A stretch of 32,486 nt of DNA from Escherichia phage IMM-001, in sequence record MF630922.1; one strand, 5' to 3'. Of the stretch, positions 27,807 to 32,486 are shown piece by piece (position 1 is the stretch's first letter; each line of letters begins with the position of its first letter). Position numbers and translations under genes: made by a program. The notes beneath the pieces are model-generated. The model made no database searches and was not told the DNA's origin. It saw only the letters and a program-made list of their open reading frames with translations.

Positions 27807-28113
27807 CATGTAACCACTGTTCTGGAGTGTTCCGGCTATAATTTTTATATCATGTGATTTTATACAGTATTTCGCGGCACATATACCAATGCACCACCCG
27901 CTAAAATCGGTATACACGGTATACGCATTATTTACATTGAGCTATAGCGGCCCAGCCGGAGCAGTTAAGCGTAACTAATGCCAATGTCTACACGTAATTA
28001 CAAAATTATACGCGTATACTTGATTAATTAATCGGGGATACCAATTAGACGTGGTGACAAGCGTTCTGCATAATTATCACATCGAAAGCAAACAACCATA
28101 GAGAGATAGAGAA

Positions 28114-28308
28114 ATGCCATACTTCATCATTAAAGAGAAAAAAAACGCACTGTTCGGAGATTGCTACTTCGGCGGTGAGGCTGGATATACAATTCACAAA
28201 TCTGAAGCGGACCGATTCGATACCAAGGAAGAGGCCAAGTCTATTCTGACTGGATATTTCACTGAGGAAGATTTGAAAGCTGTTAAGATTGTTAAAATTA
28301 AGGATTGA
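28114..28308 (+). CDS. hypothetical small protein (64 aa)
   Basis: First ORF of rightward block; RBS agagag. Confidence 0.45.
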   Translation: MPYFIIKEKKNALFGDCYFGGEAGYTIHKSEADRFDTKEEAKSILTGYFTEEDLKAVKIVKIKD

Positions 28309-28311
28309 ACC

Positions 28312-29283
28312 ATGACATTTACCGTATACACCAACGACGAACTAACAAACGAATCCTATCACGAAGAGCAGAGCCACATCTCTGGCTCTTCACTGGCTGA
28401 GATTCTCGCCACTTCACCAGCAAAATGGAAATTCAAGCAGCGCGATAACTCAAGCGCAGCACTTAAGTTTGGCACTCTAAGTCACTGCATGATGCTTGAG
28501 CGTGAGGCGTTCGATTCAACCTACATGCGAGCCACTGACTTTGATGAAGTTGAGGGGTTAATCACAAGCCAAACCGCGTTATCGGCAGCACTTAAGAAAG
28601 TTGGAGTTTCTGGTACGTCAGGAAAAGGCTATAACGAGCTAGTAGAGATGATGTACAAGTGCGGTGAGGATTGGCCTGTTAAGTGGCTAATTGAACAGCA
28701 GGAGAGCGCTGAGGCGTTAATTAGTGGCAAGGAGTTGGTTAGTGCGAAAGATTACGATAAGGTAATCGCAATGCGCGAGGTTCTGACCAATATCCCAGCT
28801 TACGATGCAGTTATTAATTCACCAACAGCGCAGAAAGAGCTATCAATCTTTGGTGAGATTCTTGGATGCGGCGTTAAGGTTAGACTTGACCATGTGGATG
28901 TTGTTGATGGCGCGGTTTACATTACTGACTACAAAACCACAGCAGACGCAAGTCCTCGAGGATTTGGTAAGTCGGCTTATGACCATGGATACCTTTGCAA
29001 GATGGCACTCCAGCGCGATTTGTTTGTTAAGGCGTTTAGCGAGAAGCGTAAGGTTGTAGTTCGTCTTCTGGCGCAGGAGAAGACAGAGCCTTATTTGCCA
29101 ATGTGCTACACGCTCACAGATGAGCAGCTTCACATTGGTCGCCTTCAATATATGGAAGCACTTGCCACGTACAAGCAGTGTAAGGAACTTGATGTTTGGC
29201 CTGGATACAGTAATGGGATTACAGAGCAAGATTTAATGATTCCTGAATGGGTAGCAAAACAATACGGAGAGATATTAAAATGA
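28312..29283 (+). CDS. PD-(D/E)xK family nuclease, RecB-like domain (323 aa); likely recombination exonuclease
   Basis: VRLDHVDVVD and YITDYKTT resemble nuclease motifs II and III (hhD / D-Y-K); sits upstream of Erf. Confidence 0.6.
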   Translation: MTFTVYTNDELTNESYHEEQSHISGSSLAEILATSPAKWKFKQRDNSSAALKFGTLSHCMMLEREAFDSTYMRATDFDEVEGLITSQTALSAALKKVGVSGTSGKGYNELVEMMYKCGEDWPVKWLIEQQESAEALISGKELVSAKDYDKVIAMREVLTNIPAYDAVINSPTAQKELSIFGEILGCGVKVRLDHVDVVDGAVYITDYKTTADASPRGFGKSAYDHGYLCKMALQRDLFVKAFSEKRKVVVRLLAQEKTEPYLPMCYTLTDEQLHIGRLQYMEALATYKQCKELDVWPGYSNGITEQDLMIPEWVAKQYGEILK

Positions 29284-29744
29284 ATAAAGATTGCTGGCAG
29301 ACACCATTAGAATTATTTAATCAACTAAATGATAAGTACAATTTCCAGGTTGACGCGTGCGCAAGTCAAGAGAATGCTTTGTGTGAGCATTTTTGGACCG
29401 AAGATGATGACTGTTTGCAGCAGGATTGGGGTGATGAAAATGATTTTGTTTGGTGCAACCCACCATACAGCAACCCATTGCCATTTGTCGAAAAGTGCCA
29501 GGAGTACGGTTACGCTGTTATGCTTTTAAATCAGGACACATCAACGAAATGGGCTAAGATAGTTTTTGAAAAATCCTCAAAGGTAATACTGTTATCAGAT
29601 AGGGTTAGGTTTATAAACCCATCGACGCTCGAGATTGGGAAGTCAAACCCAAAATGCCAGATGATTGTAGTGTTCGATAATAGTGTGGAGCATGGGCCTG
29701 TCATAAGGTGGTGCTCAATAAAAGATATTCACAAAAACATCTAA
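29280..29744 (+). CDS. Dam-like phage N6-adenine DNA methyltransferase (154 aa)
   Basis: N-terminal CWQTP and catalytic NPPY motifs; ATG 29280 overlaps upstream stop. Confidence 0.7.
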   Translation: MNKDCWQTPLELFNQLNDKYNFQVDACASQENALCEHFWTEDDDCLQQDWGDENDFVWCNPPYSNPLPFVEKCQEYGYAVMLLNQDTSTKWAKIVFEKSSKVILLSDRVRFINPSTLEIGKSNPKCQMIVVFDNSVEHGPVIRWCSIKDIHKNI

Positions 29745-29788
29745 ATAGCACTAATTGCTAAAGATAAAATTAACAGGTGTGGTATGAT
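29744..29788 (+). promoter_or_regulatory. Conserved IR promoter-like cassette copy 6 (AATAGCAC-taa-TTGCTAAA, 22 nt, TATGAT), overlapping the Dam-like stop
   Basis: Motif family; leader accacatcaacaacgagatgg. Confidence 0.55.
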
Positions 29789-29819
29789 TACCACATCAAC
29801 AACGAGATGGTTTAAGCAA

Positions 29820-29963
29820 ATGAAAGTATTTAAAAGTAAAATATGTAGCTACATTAAAATGGCCATTAATCGAAACGATGATATTATAAAAACAATAGAT
29901 ATAAAACCTGGCGACGAGGTTTTTGTCATAATCGAAAAGTCTATAGCGTTAGAACTTGCATAA
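29820..29963 (+). CDS. hypothetical small protein (47 aa, below threshold)
   Basis: ATG downstream of cassette copy 6; the in-frame upstream ATG 29784 lies in the promoter-like element. Confidence 0.3.
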   Translation: MKVFKSKICSYIKMAINRNDDIIKTIDIKPGDEVFVIIEKSIALELA

Positions 29964-30000
29964 TACATCTTAAAAAATTCAGAAAAACTAGAGGATTGAT

Positions 30001-30651
30001 ATGAACATTTCAGAATCATGCAAATCAATTTTAAACGCACTGCACACTGCTAAATCGCTATTTGCGAAGGCTGAGAAGTCAAAGCAAAACTCGCACTTAA
30101 AGAACAAGTACGCCACTTTAGAAGACGTTTTAGCAGCAGTTGAGCCAGGATTGGATGAGTGCGGTTTGGTAATGTTCCAAAGCGTAATAGATGATGAATC
30201 AACGAACCGAATAAAGGTTGAAACTAAGCTGTTTCATGCAGAATCTGGAGAATGGGTTAGCTTCTTAATGATTGTCCCAATCAGTAAGCAAGATGCTCAA
30301 GGTTACGGCTCTGCTCTTACATATGCTCGACGCTATGGCATTACAGCAGCCTTAGGGCTTAGCCAGGCTGATGATGATGGTAATCTTGCAGCTAAGGGTG
30401 TTAAAGACTTCAAGCGAGAACTTGAGAAGTGCAATACGCTCGATGAGCTTCGTAATGTCTGGAAGGAGGCTAAACAGTCACTTGATGCGGCAGGATGGAA
30501 GGTTTTCGAACCACACATTATCGAGCGCAAGGCAGAGATTCAGGCAAATGAAATGAATGGCTTCAACCCAGCCACGCCTAAGAAAGTTGCAGAAAAAAGT
30601 AGTGATAAAGAAAAGATTGAAGTAGAATCACAACAAATCGATACATTCTAA
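30001..30651 (+). CDS. erf: Erf-family single-strand annealing protein (216 aa)
   Basis: GSALTYARRYGITAALG hallmark and NSHLKNKYATLEDVL N-terminal motif; RBS gagga. Confidence 0.75.
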   Translation: MNISESCKSILNALHTAKSLFAKAEKSKQNSHLKNKYATLEDVLAAVEPGLDECGLVMFQSVIDDESTNRIKVETKLFHAESGEWVSFLMIVPISKQDAQGYGSALTYARRYGITAALGLSQADDDGNLAAKGVKDFKRELEKCNTLDELRNVWKEAKQSLDAAGWKVFEPHIIERKAEIQANEMNGFNPATPKKVAEKSSDKEKIEVESQQIDTF

Positions 30652-30693
30652 ATTAAACGGGGCTTCGGCCCCAGCAAACAGAGAGATAAAAAC

Positions 30694-31131
30694 ATGCACG
30701 TAATTACTGGTCAGATTCGCCGCGCTCCATTCACTAAAGAAGGTCAGAATGCTAATGGTACCTGGAAAATGTTTGCGGTTGATTTGAGTGAGCGATACAA
30801 AGATAAAGATGGTCAGACTCAGTATAGTAACTATCGCGCAGTCTTCTTCGCGAAAGAGTCAATTTTAGATTGGTATAATGAAGCATTTCAAGAAGGTAAA
30901 ATTGTTAGCGTTAGCGCTGAAAGTTTATCTGTAGATGTTCGAGATAAAGATGGCAAGACTTACGTAACAATCAATATGAATAATCCTCGACTTGAGTTTA
31001 GTCAGCGTGGAGATTCGCAACCACAACAAAATCAGAGACAGCAGCAGCAACAACAGCAGCAGAATAATCAGCAGAAGAGGCAACCACAACCACAACAACA
31101 GCAGCAGTTTGACGACTCCATTCCATTCTGA
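30694..31131 (+). CDS. ssb: single-stranded DNA-binding protein-like (145 aa) with poly-Gln linker and acidic tip
   Basis: C-terminal FDDSIPF resembles the SSB DDDIPF tail; preceded by a Gln-rich linker; N-terminal domain not canonical. Confidence 0.55.
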   Translation: MHVITGQIRRAPFTKEGQNANGTWKMFAVDLSERYKDKDGQTQYSNYRAVFFAKESILDWYNEAFQEGKIVSVSAESLSVDVRDKDGKTYVTINMNNPRLEFSQRGDSQPQQNQRQQQQQQQQNNQQKRQPQPQQQQQFDDSIPF

Positions 31132-31140
31132 TAAAAGATA

Positions 31141-31163
31141 AGGCCCCTTTCGGGGCCTTTTTA
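31141..31163. terminator. Bidirectional rho-independent terminator
   Basis: aggcccc-tttc-ggggcct then T5; convergent genes on both sides. Confidence 0.7.
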
Positions 31164-31691
31164 TGGCATGTTTACTCGAATTGAAACGAACGAGTCAGAA
31201 GGTATATCTATAGGGTCTCCGTTACTGAAGCCGTCAATTTTATTTCTCGCGAAAGACGGAGATGAATCGTGAGTGCGATGATAAGTTTTAACAACTATTG
31301 AACCATCAGCTTCAACCTCGTAATCTAGCCATATTCTAGGCTGCTTATTCAAGTCTACAGGTACCTCAAATCCACCGTTAACACCGCCCCAAGAAGTGTC
31401 AGAATTTAGGCCAAGCACACCTGATACCTTATAAACACCAGTAGAAACCCTCTCCACTGAAGCTCCTTCTGATTCCTCGTTTGTTTCAAAACTCCCATCT
31501 CGGAATACCTTAATTATAGGTGAGGCCACTTTGACGAAACCGCTAGGGTCCACTGTTGTGTTTAATCCGTGTAAAAGTTCCATTACCGCAAGTCCGCCAT
31601 TATAAGTTGAGTTAGCTATATAACAACGCCTTGCCCCATAAGATATGGCAAGCTGACCCCACTCGCGTGGAGTTGGGCCAGGCATATCCAT
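31161..31691 (-). CDS. tail-fibre-like protein, C-terminal part (176 aa from first ATG); frame stays open upstream to 31970 with no start codon
   Basis: Upstream in-frame translation ...NLQNKLQARSNLGLGTSATINHGDDAGQ... looks fibre-like; no ATG/GTG/TTG in 93 upstream codons. Confidence 0.4.
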   Translation of the reverse strand: MDMPGPTPREWGQLAISYGARRCYIANSTYNGGLAVMELLHGLNTTVDPSGFVKVASPIIKVFRDGSFETNEESEGASVERVSTGVYKVSGVLGLNSDTSWGGVNGGFEVPVDLNKQPRIWLDYEVEADGSIVVKTYHRTHDSSPSFARNKIDGFSNGDPIDIPSDSFVSIRVNMP

Positions 31692-32011
31692 GAATACAAC
31701 AGAATCTTTGTGTAAGTTAAAACCGGAACCGTAAGGCTCATATCCATAAGACCATGTTTTTGTTGTCCTATTCGCTGAAAGAAACCTTGGTCCATAAACT
31801 AGCTGGACCTGCCCTGCATCGTCTCCATGATTAATAGTCGCAGAGGTTCCAAGTCCAAGATTGGACCTTGCTTGTAGCTTGTTTTGTAAGTCATTCAGGT
31901 TTTCTTCTTTTTTTAAAAAACTTGATGGATTTACTGAATTAGCGTAATCTGCCGCTTGCTGCGCTGATGCTCAGGGAGCAATCCTTCTTCAGTTGCTCAA
32001 GCGCTTCGCCT

Positions 32012-32179
32012 TTAATCTTCATTTTTAAACCACCTTTCTTTAAGAACCTGAGCCCAAGACTTTGCATCATCTTCTGTCATGAAGAAACTTAATTTTGGGT
32101 ACTTGTGAAACCCCTTTAACTCAACAACCCAATGACCATTATTGTGACTGTAAGAAACTGTTTTTTCTTTCATTATTAC
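32012..32179 (-). CDS. hypothetical small protein (about 55 aa from internal ATG)
   Basis: ORF-track entry starts at a GTG inside structured leader; internal ATG has gagag upstream. Confidence 0.35.
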   Translation of the reverse strand, partial: VIMKEKTVSYSHNNGHWVVELKGFHKYPKLSFFMTEDDAKSWAQVLKERWFKNED

Positions 32180-32385
32180 CATCTCTCTATATTTGCTTGT
32201 TATCGAAATCTCTTCAACGTACTCGCTACAACTCGGGATTTTAAACCCGGCCCGGCATCCTGGCAAAAGGACCCGCAAGGCGCTTTGGTGGGTTAGGTAA
32301 CGCTTCCTCACATTGCGCGGTGTCGTTCACTCTTTTTGGTTCCTTTCGGAAGTGACTCAGAGTCCAGCACCGTTTCGATGAATAC

Positions 32386-32431
32386 ATAGTAGCAACTTAC
32401 TCATGATTGAGCATTAGCAAAAAGTGCTATT
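32386..32431 (-). promoter_or_regulatory. Conserved IR promoter-like cassette copy 7 (AATAGCAC-ttt-TTGCTAA, 23 nt, TACTAT)
   Basis: Reverse complement of 32414..32431 equals copy 4 motif; leader gtattcatcgaaacg. Confidence 0.5.
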
Positions 32432-32486
32432 CGTTGGATTTATTGATTGTTGCAGCTATTGCAATGATTCACATGACTATTGCACA

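Noticed and set aside
28065-28075. DnaA box near ttatcacat
   Set aside because: Does not match the TTATNCACA consensus at position 6.
1236-29760. TTGCTA of the conserved cassette acting as a canonical sigma70 -35 hexamer
   Set aside because: Spacing to the -10-like hexamer is 22 to 23 nt in all nine copies versus the 16 to 18 nt required; kept as an unusual promoter-associated element instead.
1-32486. CRISPR array, integrase, repressor or lysis cassette
   Set aside because: The repeats are irregularly spaced and promoter-associated, not a repeat-spacer array; no recombinase, CI-like repressor, holin or endolysin signature was seen, though such genes may lie outside the window.

Overview
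This window reads as a near-complete slice of a tailed dsDNA phage genome (siphovirus with lambda-like tail-tip genes), not a bacterial chromosome. All calls are from reading the sequence and ORF track by eye; no database search was run. Layout: (1) AT-rich regulatory region 1..574; (2) early block of small plus-strand ORFs 575..5061 with two HNH-family features nearby, and a tRNA-Arg(CCU) at 4427..4502; (3) plus-strand morphogenesis operon 5143..25549: small and large terminase, portal, scaffold, major capsid, neck proteins, major tail protein, chaperone pair with a likely -1 frameshift, 990-aa tape measure, M/L/K/I-like proteins and a 1128-aa J-like central fibre; (4) minus-strand block 25580..27578: putative receptor-binding protein, small lipoprotein, orphan DNA methyltransferase; (5) second AT-rich regulatory region 27579..28113; (6) plus-strand recombination block 28114..31131: PD-(D/E)xK nuclease, Dam-like methyltransferase, Erf, SSB-like protein; (7) minus-strand tail-fibre-like gene with a disrupted 5' end. 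Gene content (Erf, Dam-like MTase, lipoprotein beside the RBP) suggests a T1-like enterobacterial phage, but that is inference. No integrase, repressor, lysis cassette or CRISPR array was seen. Most notable: a conserved inverted-repeat promoter-like cassette present in at least 9 copies at operon boundaries, several terminator/promoter-bounded moron-like cassettes inside the structural operon, and paired AT-rich repeats carrying a (TTA)n microsatellite.
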